A DNA stretch of 54,586 nucleotides from a virus (lineage: Duplodnaviria > Caudoviricetes): IMG/VR virus record IMGVR_UViG_3300021376_000078, positions 1 through 54,586 of that record; one strand, written 5' to 3'. This document shows, one piece after another, positions 47,523 to 54,586 of the stretch (positions within the stretch are counted from its first letter, which is position 1; each line of letters starts with the position of its first letter). Under the pieces are notes generated by a model. That model did no database searches. It saw only the letters and a program-made list of their open reading frames with translations, and had not been told where the DNA came from. The position numbers and the translations under genes are program-made.

Positions 47523-47855
47523 ATGAGACAAGTAACACAGCTCGCCGTATCAAATTGGTTGATGCGTAAAAAATTCCGCAGAGACAATACCCAAACAGAC
47601 GGCACAACCTTATACCTACATGGCCATGCCATTGCAAAGATTGACGATACTGACGGAATTATTTATGTTCGTTCTGCCGGTTGGGAAACCAACACCACCA
47701 AAGAAAGATTGAACGGTATTCCTGGTGTTCGTATTCACCAAAAAAATTGGATGTGGTTCTTGAACAATCAACCTTGGCCTCATAGCCAAAATTGGACACC
47801 TATCGGTAGATATTCTTCTGAAAATGGTGGTATGGTAATCACAAACCATATTTAA
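47523..47855 (+). CDS. Hypothetical early protein
   Basis: First ORF after the tandem promoters; LYLHGHAIA...AGWETNTTKERLN; Trp-rich. Confidence 0.75.
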   Translation: MRQVTQLAVSNWLMRKKFRRDNTQTDGTTLYLHGHAIAKIDDTDGIIYVRSAGWETNTTKERLNGIPGVRIHQKNWMWFLNNQPWPHSQNWTPIGRYSSENGGMVITNHI

Positions 47856-47890
47856 TCCACCACAACAACGGTATTAAGAAATAATTTATT

Positions 47891-48469
47891 ATGATAAGGA
47901 AACAAAATATGAAACGCAAAGGAACAACCAAGAAACAAACAAGAAATCTTGAAAATATGAAGATGCGAACCGTAACTTGTGAAGGTGGAAATCCCGCAAG
48001 TAAATGGTATTCTGGTCGTGACTGTAACGAAAAACTGCGTGTCATGGAAGGTGTTGTCTCTGCCACTTGTTGGCGATGTGTTGCTGGAAAGATTCCAGGT
48101 CCTACTCTCAATGAGAAAACAGTTTCGACTGGCTTTCCTCGCGGTTGGAAATTTTTTAAGGAATTTGTACATGAGAACGGCAAGGTATATCATAAGGGCG
48201 TAGAAAAACCAGAATTGTTCGGTAGTTTACCGGCAACAGAAATCAAACCCGCAACACCAAACAAGAAAAAGAAAGTCACGCTTGATGATAAAATTTCCGC
48301 AGAGATAACCAAAAAGTTGAAGAAGAAAAAGACACCTGCAAAGGCGGCTACGAGAACTACGAAGAAGAAAACTGCCAAACCGAAGACTGCGAAGACAACG
48401 AAGAAAACTACAAAGAAAACGATAACTAAATCTATTAAACCAACCAAAACAACCAGGAGAAAGAAATGA
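47891..48469 (+). CDS. Basic protein with a Cys cluster and a histone H1-like Lys/Thr/Ala tail
   Basis: C...C...CWRC; FPRGW; C-terminal KKTAKPKTAKTTKKTTKK. True start may be a downstream ATG. Confidence 0.7.
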   Translation: MIRKQNMKRKGTTKKQTRNLENMKMRTVTCEGGNPASKWYSGRDCNEKLRVMEGVVSATCWRCVAGKIPGPTLNEKTVSTGFPRGWKFFKEFVHENGKVYHKGVEKPELFGSLPATEIKPATPNKKKKVTLDDKISAEITKKLKKKKTPAKAATRTTKKKTAKPKTAKTTKKTTKKTITKSIKPTKTTRRKK

Positions 48470-48756
48470 TTGACACCCCACAAGGAAAATGGTACACAGT
48501 ACCAGAAGTTGCAAAAATTCTCGGATGTTCATTCCAATATGTTCGCCGTCTTACAAATGGAAGAACCCGAAAATATCAAAGTTACAAAATACAAGAGAAA
48601 CCCGTAGTTGATCAAACTCTTGTTATGAAAATTCAGAAAGAGAACCAAAAGAAAGTAAAATATATGGTTCACGAAGATGCAGTTAAGTTTTTGGTAGATA
48701 AGAAATTATCTAAAATTAACAAAAAAAATCAAAATAATGCTTTGATCTCTCAATAA
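48466..48756 (+). CDS. HTH DNA-binding protein (excisionase/HTH_17-like)
   Basis: WYTVPEVAKILGCSFQYVRRL. Confidence 0.75.
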   Translation: MIDTPQGKWYTVPEVAKILGCSFQYVRRLTNGRTRKYQSYKIQEKPVVDQTLVMKIQKENQKKVKYMVHEDAVKFLVDKKLSKINKKNQNNALISQ

Positions 48757-48771
48757 AATGCCTTATATTCG
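48737..48771 (+). promoter_or_regulatory. Promoter (ATGCTTTGATC...TATATTCG) for the AAA+ gene
   Basis: Same family and spacing. Confidence 0.75.
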
Positions 48772-48817
48772 TATATGTTAAAAAACAACCTTATTCATTT
48801 CTTACAGGAATTGTTCT

Positions 48818-49765
48818 ATGTCTAGAACCAAAACAACCAAAACCAAAACACAAAATTTGTCTGTTGCAGATATTGTTGCTACAGCTCCATCATTCCGCCC
48901 GGAGTCTTTAATTCTTTCGGACATAAAATGGAAATATCTTGTCCGTAGTGTTCTCCGTGGTCAAAATCTTATGATAACTGGTCCTGCAGGTTCCGGTAAA
49001 ACACTTGCCGTCAGAACGGTTGCAGACGCAATGGATAGACCGTTCTTTTATTTCAATTTGGGTTCAACGCAGGATCCAAGAACGGCTCTCATTGGCACCA
49101 CACATTTTGACAAATCAACAGGAACATATTTCAATCAATCAACCTTTATCAAGGCAATTCAGATTGAGGATGCTGTTATCCTGCTCGATGAATTATCCCG
49201 TGCCCATCCAGAGGCATGGAATATCTTGATGACCGTTCTTGATGACGGACAAAGATATGTGCGTGTAGATGAAAGTCCTGATGCAGAAGTTATCAAGGTT
49301 GCACCCGGTGTTTCTTTCCTTGCTACCGCCAATATCGGTGTGGAATATACCTCAACCCGTGTAATTGACCGTGCTATCCAAGACCGTTTTCTCCTTCTTG
49401 AAATGGATTTGTTGGACAAAACACAACAAGGTAAACTTATCAATTATGTTTGTCCAAACCTTGACGAAAAAACAGTAGATATTTTGTCCTCAATCTATAC
49501 ACAAGTTTACACCGAAGTTCTTTCCGGTCACGGTAAAGTTTCAACCACAATATCAACCAGAACCATCCTCCGTGCTGCTGCTCTTATATGTGACGGCTTT
49601 ACTATCGGTGAGGCACTTGAAGTGTGTGTATTCCCATATTTCACCGAAGAAGGTGGTGCTGATAGTGAGAGAACTTATGTTCGCCAGATTGTTCAAAAGT
49701 TTATTCCTATTGACAGTCTTGATAATGACAATATGTTCGATGAAGGCGATACTGCTAAATCTTGA
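48818..49765 (+). CDS. MoxR/CbbQ/CobS-like AAA+ ATPase
   Basis: GPAGSGKT, ILLDELSRA, FLATAN, DRAIQDRF, ISTR. Confidence 0.9.
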   Translation: MSRTKTTKTKTQNLSVADIVATAPSFRPESLILSDIKWKYLVRSVLRGQNLMITGPAGSGKTLAVRTVADAMDRPFFYFNLGSTQDPRTALIGTTHFDKSTGTYFNQSTFIKAIQIEDAVILLDELSRAHPEAWNILMTVLDDGQRYVRVDESPDAEVIKVAPGVSFLATANIGVEYTSTRVIDRAIQDRFLLLEMDLLDKTQQGKLINYVCPNLDEKTVDILSSIYTQVYTEVLSGHGKVSTTISTRTILRAAALICDGFTIGEALEVCVFPYFTEEGGADSERTYVRQIVQKFIPIDSLDNDNMFDEGDTAKS

Positions 49766-49785
49766 AATGAACCACTTTTCTAAAA

Positions 49786-49813
49786 ATAGTGTGGGGGTTC
49801 GCTTCCACACTAT
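49786..49813 (+). terminator. UUCG-loop hairpin between the AAA+ and VWA genes (terminator or stability element)
   Basis: ATAGTGTGGGGG-TTCG-CTTCCACACTAT; weak U tract. Confidence 0.55.
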
Positions 49814-49858
49814 GTTATATTTATACAAACAACCAATAACAACCATAAGGGATATGTA

Positions 49859-51979
49859 ATGAGTATTTTCAAAAAGTCCGTAAAAGGTATGCTTGCAGAA
49901 GCAAGTGCTAGAACAAACCAATTTTGGAACAAATATGCGTCTAATTATCAGGACGAGTATTCAGCCGGAACCAATTACTGGCTCAAAGGTAGCTTGTTTG
50001 ATAAGAAACAATCCATGTTTGAACATGAATATGGCTTCAAAGAAGAAAAATATGACTACTTTGCCCTCGCACAATACCAACGAGCCGTTGCAAACTTTGT
50101 TCATATTATGACCGGTGATCCAAACATTCATGTCCAATACAACAACAATGGTCAAAATATGACCGATGGACAAACCGTTCACCTTTCTGCATCCATAAAT
50201 GAAAAAGACTTTGACTCAAATGTTGGCCTTGCCCTACATGAAAGTAGCCACATTCTTTATACGGATATGGGAAAGTTTCGTGATGCAGTATCTAATCTGG
50301 TATATCATGCCCATCAACATTTGAGGGATGAAAACGGTAATTATCTGTTTCAAGAACAAGGTGATATAGAAAAATTGTTTGAAGGTTATACCGATAAACA
50401 AGAGTTTTTCAAATCTATTGTCAATATCATTGAAGACTTGTATATTGATGCGATGACATATTCGGCTGCTCCCGGATATCGTATCTATTACAAATCTCTT
50501 TACAATAAGTTTTTCGGTGACGAGAAAGTAACCCGTGCTTTCTATGATGAAGAATTTATGAAACCTACTGCACACAATTATCTTTTTCACTTGTGTAATT
50601 TCCGCAGTCCATACCGTAATCTGAATGCCCTACCTGCATTGCAATTAGTTTGGGACACGCTTGACTTGCAGAACATTCGTAGATTGAAAACTGATGAAGA
50701 CCGTATCAAACTTGCTTATACGCTTGCCGGTATCATTCTGAAACAATTAAGTGAGATTGAAAAAGATGACCAACCAGATGACCAAGACGGTTATGGTGAC
50801 GGTGAAGGTGACGATATGGAACCAATCACTGGTAGACCAAATCCTATTCCAGACGGCGTTAGTGACAAACCACTAACAGACAAACAAAGAGAACAAGTTG
50901 AAAAGTTGTTTCAGAAACAAAGAGACCTTATCAACGGTGATACCAAAAAAACAAAGTTGTCCAAAGCTGATGCTCAGAAGGTTGATGCGGTATCTTCTGT
51001 GGATCTTGACGAACAAATTGTTGCCAAAAATTTTGAGGATGACTACGGTAGATTTAATCCACGCGGTATCAAAACTTTTATTGTCCGTAATATCAACCGT
51101 AAATTTATGGAAAGTGATGTGTCTGCACCATTCGGTGTTCGTAAATCCGGCTGGAGAAGACGCGATGTATCCAGATACATTGCTTTAGGTAAAGTGCTCG
51201 CCAAGAAGTTGCAAATTCGTAACGAAGAAAGAGTAACTACTTCTACCCGTCTCAAATCTGGCAGAATTGATGCAAGATTGTTACATGAAATTGGTAGTAG
51301 TAATTATGAAATCTTCAAACAAATTACTATCCACGAATACCAACCATCATTCATTCACTTATCAATTGACCAATCAGGTTCAATGTCTGGTGACAAGTTT
51401 GAAGAATCAGTCAAACTTGCTGTGATGTTTGCGGTTGCTGCTAAACAAATTAAGAACCTTCATGTTGTAGTTAGTGCTCGTTCTGTATATTCAGATAATT
51501 ATAGTGGTGGTAGAGGTAAATCATCAATGCACGATACTCCTTATCTTATTTACCTATATGATTCAAACAAACATAACATTGCTCACATTCGTGATGTTTT
51601 TGAGACAATCTATGTCACTAATACAACACCAGAAGGACTTTGTTTTGAGGCAATCATGGGTGAAATCATCAAACAATCTGCTAATACGGATGCTTACTTT
51701 ATCAACCTATGTGACGGCGAACCATTTATGACACATGATAAACAACATTTTTCATATCGTGGACAGACCGCTCAGACACACTCCAGAAAACAAGTTGAGC
51801 GTATGCGTGCTCGCGGTATCAATGTCCTCACATACTTCATTGGTGGTGCCCATGATTTCCGTAAAGTTGTTGAAACATATAAAACAAATTGTGTTCACTT
51901 GCGTCGTGCTGATGAAATTCCAAAAGTTGTTAAGGCCATGAACGATGAGTTATTATCGGCGAGTAAAAAGAATGGTTAA
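49859..51979 (+). CDS. VWA-domain MoxR partner (CobT-like) with an N-terminal HExxH metallopeptidase-like domain
   Basis: ALHESSH, NIIEDLYID, acidic linker, SGRIDAR, MIDAS motif DQSGSM, TPEG, CDGEP. Confidence 0.85.
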   Translation: MSIFKKSVKGMLAEASARTNQFWNKYASNYQDEYSAGTNYWLKGSLFDKKQSMFEHEYGFKEEKYDYFALAQYQRAVANFVHIMTGDPNIHVQYNNNGQNMTDGQTVHLSASINEKDFDSNVGLALHESSHILYTDMGKFRDAVSNLVYHAHQHLRDENGNYLFQEQGDIEKLFEGYTDKQEFFKSIVNIIEDLYIDAMTYSAAPGYRIYYKSLYNKFFGDEKVTRAFYDEEFMKPTAHNYLFHLCNFRSPYRNLNALPALQLVWDTLDLQNIRRLKTDEDRIKLAYTLAGIILKQLSEIEKDDQPDDQDGYGDGEGDDMEPITGRPNPIPDGVSDKPLTDKQREQVEKLFQKQRDLINGDTKKTKLSKADAQKVDAVSSVDLDEQIVAKNFEDDYGRFNPRGIKTFIVRNINRKFMESDVSAPFGVRKSGWRRRDVSRYIALGKVLAKKLQIRNEERVTTSTRLKSGRIDARLLHEIGSSNYEIFKQITIHEYQPSFIHLSIDQSGSMSGDKFEESVKLAVMFAVAAKQIKNLHVVVSARSVYSDNYSGGRGKSSMHDTPYLIYLYDSNKHNIAHIRDVFETIYVTNTTPEGLCFEAIMGEIIKQSANTDAYFINLCDGEPFMTHDKQHFSYRGQTAQTHSRKQVERMRARGINVLTYFIGGAHDFRKVVETYKTNCVHLRRADEIPKVVKAMNDELLSASKKNG

Positions 51980-52451
51980 GACAAAATCACTTAAACGATT
52001 TGCAATGGCTCCGCCGGTAAAACCAATACCGGCGGAAACTATGTATCTGTCTCGCAAGAATGTTTCCGATGATATTATTTCATCTATAATTGACCATACT
52101 ATTGACTGGTGTATTGATACCTTTGGTATGAACACCAATAGAGAACATCCGTATATTTCTTGGGAATGGAATACTCTTGATAGTGATGACAATGACAAAC
52201 AATCTATTGCAAGATATGATCCAGATACCAATACAATATCGCTTAAGGTTCGTGGCCATAGAACTGCTAAAGTCTTTATCAAGACTATCATACATGAATA
52301 CATACATTACCTACAACCCACAAAGGGCGGTTGGTATGAACGATGGAACAAAGAACATGGTTACTATAAAAATCCTTATGAAATTGAAGCATACTATTTA
52401 AGTGATATGTATGCACAAACTGCAACTAATTTTGTTATGGAGAAATTATGA
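51972..52451 (+). CDS. Zinc metallopeptidase-like protein (HExxH...E)
   Basis: TIIHEYIHYLQ and NPYEIEAY; start uncertain. Confidence 0.75.
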   Translation: MVKTKSLKRFAMAPPVKPIPAETMYLSRKNVSDDIISSIIDHTIDWCIDTFGMNTNREHPYISWEWNTLDSDDNDKQSIARYDPDTNTISLKVRGHRTAKVFIKTIIHEYIHYLQPTKGGWYERWNKEHGYYKNPYEIEAYYLSDMYAQTATNFVMEKL

Positions 52452-52969
52452 AAAAGATTATTTTTTGCTTGTTTATATTGTGTAATTTTAGTATATTTGG
52501 TAAAGATACAACAAACATAAAAAGAATTTTACCGAATGCTTTAATAAAAAACATTGATGGTGAAACGGTAAATGCTTCAACAATCAATAACGGTGATAAC
52601 CTTACTTATGTTACATTTTGGGCAACCTGGTGTAAACCATGTATTCGAGAATTGAATGAGTTAAGTGTAGTTTATGATATATGGCGTGATGAATTTGATG
52701 TAAAGATAGTTGTAGTTTCTGTTGATGATATACGAACATCACCGAAGGTAAAACCTTTTGTGAATGGAAAAAGATGGGACTTTGAAGTATATCTCGATCC
52801 CAATGGTGATTTGAGAAGAATGATGAATGTCAATAATGTTCCTCATTCATTCCTTATCAATCATAAAGGTGAAATCATTTGGCAACAAAATTCACATACC
52901 GCTGGTGATGAAAATAGAATATATGAAATCATCCGTAGGTATGAATTGAATGGAGGACAAAGTGAGTAA
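52448..52969 (+). CDS. TlpA-family thiol-disulfide oxidoreductase with signal peptide
   Basis: FWATWCKPC, VSVD, VPHSFLIN cis-Pro loop; hydrophobic N-terminus. Confidence 0.9.
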   Translation: MKKIIFCLFILCNFSIFGKDTTNIKRILPNALIKNIDGETVNASTINNGDNLTYVTFWATWCKPCIRELNELSVVYDIWRDEFDVKIVVVSVDDIRTSPKVKPFVNGKRWDFEVYLDPNGDLRRMMNVNNVPHSFLINHKGEIIWQQNSHTAGDENRIYEIIRRYELNGGQSE

Positions 52970-53246
52970 CAAAGAAGAATATAAAGTGAACATGGGATGT
53001 CTGTCAGTCTTATGGACGGGTCTCAAAGGTTTCGTGGTTGTTTCCGTTTTTGTTATATTGATATTCGTTGCTTTACTTTTTCTTATATGGTTTTTCTTTT
53101 GGTATATGAATCTCATGCTTGCTGTTCCGTTGTGGATGACTATGATATTACTTGCACTACCAATTGTGGTTTTCATAGGACTATATCTCAAACTCCTGCA
53201 ATGGTGCATGATAAAGTATGTAGAGACACAAGAAACAAAAGAATAA
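52950..53246 (+). CDS. Small two-helix membrane protein
   Basis: Two long hydrophobic segments. Confidence 0.65.
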   Translation: MEDKVSNKEEYKVNMGCLSVLWTGLKGFVVVSVFVILIFVALLFLIWFFFWYMNLMLAVPLWMTMILLALPIVVFIGLYLKLLQWCMIKYVETQETKE

Positions 53247-53251
53247 CGGTT

Positions 53252-53323
53252 GGTCCCATCGTTTAATGGTTAGGACACCGCCCTTTCACGGCGATAATAG
53301 GGGTTCGAGTCCCCTTGGGATCA
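53252..53323 (+). tRNA. tRNA-Glu (TTC)
   Basis: Acceptor GGTCCCA/TGGGATC, anticodon loop CT-TTC-AC, T arm AGGGG-TTCGAGT-CCCCT; CCA not encoded. Confidence 0.92.
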
Positions 53324-53329
53324 CAATAA

Positions 53330-53403
53330 GGGCTTATAGCTCAATCGGTTAGAGCAAACGACTCATAATCGTTAGGTTGCAGGTTCAAGTCCTGCTGGGC
53401 CCA
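53330..53403 (+). tRNA. tRNA with CAT anticodon, most likely Ile2 (lysidine type)
   Basis: Acceptor GGGCTTA/TGGGCCC; CGACTCATAATCG anticodon arm as in bacterial ileX-type tRNAs; no initiator features; CCA not encoded. Confidence 0.85.
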
Positions 53404-53417
53404 CATAGGAGAATAAA

Positions 53418-53564
53418 ATGAATAATAAAGAAAAATTAGAACAAATGATTGAAGTTGCTAAACAAGTTCTTAAAGAAAACCCAAACGATACATGGGTTCA
53501 AAAAGGACTGGTTGAAATGCAAAAGGAAGTTGATAGACTGAATAAATTAGAAAAAGATAAATGA
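53418..53564 (+). CDS. 48-aa hypothetical protein MNNKEKLEQMIEVAKQVLKENPNDTWVQKGL...
   Basis: Manual translation; TAGGAG SD; below the ORF-track cutoff. Confidence 0.65.
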   Translation: MNNKEKLEQMIEVAKQVLKENPNDTWVQKGLVEMQKEVDRLNKLEKDK

Positions 53565-53680
53565 CCAAAGAAAGACTTTACATATACCGTATGTTTTTAC
53601 TATCTGTTTGGAATTGAGTAGTAGATAAGATAACAAATAGATAATTATTCCCTACACACTCCTCCCCGGAGTTTGCAATC

Positions 53681-53722
53681 GGGGCGCCGTTTTCGTGGTT
53701 GTTTTCGGTGCCCCACTTTTTA
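53681..53722 (+). terminator. GC-rich hairpin with T tract
   Basis: GGGGCGCCG / CGGTGCCCC stem followed by ACTTTTT; unusually long loop. Confidence 0.6.
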
Positions 53723-53741
53723 TTAACTAACCGAATAAACC

Positions 53742-53894
53742 ATGATTAAAGGAAAAGATCTAACTCTTGTTGAGGAATCATATAACGAAGGATATGAGAC
53801 CGGAATAATGGACTTTATTGCCAGATTGAAAACAGTATTCCCTATTGATGAAGAACACTTTGTTACTATCGCCAGAGACTTACTTGACGATTGA
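53742..53894 (+). CDS. 50-aa hypothetical protein MIKGKDLTLVEESYNEGYETG...
   Basis: Manual translation; YxEGYxxG motif common in small phage proteins. Confidence 0.5.
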   Translation: MIKGKDLTLVEESYNEGYETGIMDFIARLKTVFPIDEEHFVTIARDLLDD

Positions 53895-54458
53895 TTGCAT
53901 GAATAGTTTATATCCATCAACATCCCTTACTTCGATACCATTGTATTGTTGTGACCACTTTTCTCTACTTGGAAATAGGAATGTTGGAACACCTGCACCT
54001 ATTGATGTTTTTATTAACTTTGCAGTATCATATCCCGTACATTTTCTACTGACATCCACATCAATTCTCTTGATATAATTTAATGCATTAGGAATATACA
54101 TATCTTTTGAATAGATACGGTCTTCGTATTCTTCGTATTCATCATTACCGTGCATGCCATGATAATAATTGTAAGCACCACCTTTATATTTGTTTCCTAA
54201 TTTTGTCCCATCCAATTCAAATCTAACAAAGTGACATGCATACCGGAATGACTTTGTATACCCTTCTATCTTTGTTCTTGCAACGGACATATAATACCCA
54301 TCGTCATACTTTCTGCCAGGATCAACATTGGGTTCAACCGGCACATCAGTCAATCTAAAACGGTTTGTTTCTATTATATTATTTGCCGCTTCCGTAGTAG
54401 TAAAGTGATATACTATGTCGGATATGCGTTCCATCAATATGTCTTTTAATTTAATCAT
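53880..54458 (-). CDS. Hypothetical protein, possible ADP-ribosyltransferase-like fold with head-targeting leader
   Basis: MIKLKDILME leader; VYHFTT, YMSVAR and EEYEDR motif order. Confidence 0.5.
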   Translation of the reverse strand: MIKLKDILMERISDIVYHFTTTEAANNIIETNRFRLTDVPVEPNVDPGRKYDDGYYMSVARTKIEGYTKSFRYACHFVRFELDGTKLGNKYKGGAYNYYHGMHGNDEYEEYEDRIYSKDMYIPNALNYIKRIDVDVSRKCTGYDTAKLIKTSIGAGVPTFLFPSREKWSQQYNGIEVRDVDGYKLFMQSIVK

Positions 54459-54586
54459 ACCATGTTTACCTTATTTGTTATTTTGTATAAATTCAATGCC
54501 CTACCACTACCAACCTTAACAGGATTTTGTTTAATCAAATATCCGTCTCTCACAAGGGTATTGAAAAATTTTTCACCATCATCATA
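54455..54586 (-). CDS. Partial (5' truncated) hypothetical protein
   Basis: 44 open codons ending in TGA that overlaps the next ATG (ATGA coupling). Confidence 0.55.
   Translation of the reverse strand, partial: YDDGEKFFNTLVRDGYLIKQNPVKVGSGRALNLYKITNKVNMV

Noticed and set aside
47304-48532. Minus-strand ORFs, including hydrophobic Phe/Val-rich ones
   Set aside because: Antisense to Lys-rich plus-strand genes and promoters; the hydrophobicity mirrors AAA/AAG codons.
48466-48756. Excisionase indicating a prophage
   Set aside because: No integrase, att site or host genes in the window; a generic HTH is the safer call.
48818-51979. Cobalamin biosynthesis (cobS/cobT) as auxiliary metabolism
   Set aside because: No cobN or other cob genes are present; phage MoxR-VWA pairs are commonly mislabelled this way.
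1-54586. Stop-codon reassignment
   Set aside because: Long genes are intact in the standard code, and TAA, TGA (e.g. 32045, 38238) and TAG (40031) all end genes at sensible positions.

Overview
This 54.6-kb AT-rich window is part of a large tailed-phage (myovirus-like) genome read in the standard genetic code. About 1-46.5 kb is almost all on the minus strand: repeat-rich fibre proteins, including a 1773-aa Gly-X-Y protein rich in Ser/Thr; a DNA-metabolism block (single-chain Mre11-Rad50/SbcDC fusion, primase, endonuclease I-like resolvase); five paralogous tail or baseplate proteins; T4-like baseplate genes (gp7, gp6, gp25 and gp5-like) around a 1458-aa CHAP-motif protein; then a gp55-like sigma factor, ClpP, UvsE, ThyX, a lytic transglycosylase and a phosphodiester glycosidase. 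About 46.5-53.9 kb is on the plus strand behind repeated Bacteroidota-type promoters: DUF4494, a histone-like protein, HTH, a MoxR-VWA-peptidase module, TlpA and two tRNAs. Best leads: (1) a pervasive [ST]-[GAS]-S motif largely confined to exposed virion proteins, possibly a modification sequon; (2) a possibly split collar-like domain with five paralogous partners; (3) two promoter classes one base apart, caught in a 53-bp duplication flanking an inserted gene; (4) a 16-nt complementary pair flanking the transglycosylase gene; (5) a GATC palindrome cluster and an IHF-like site cluster near the strand switch; (6) a putative head-packaged ADP-ribosyltransferase. All family calls come from motifs recognised by eye; no database searches were run.
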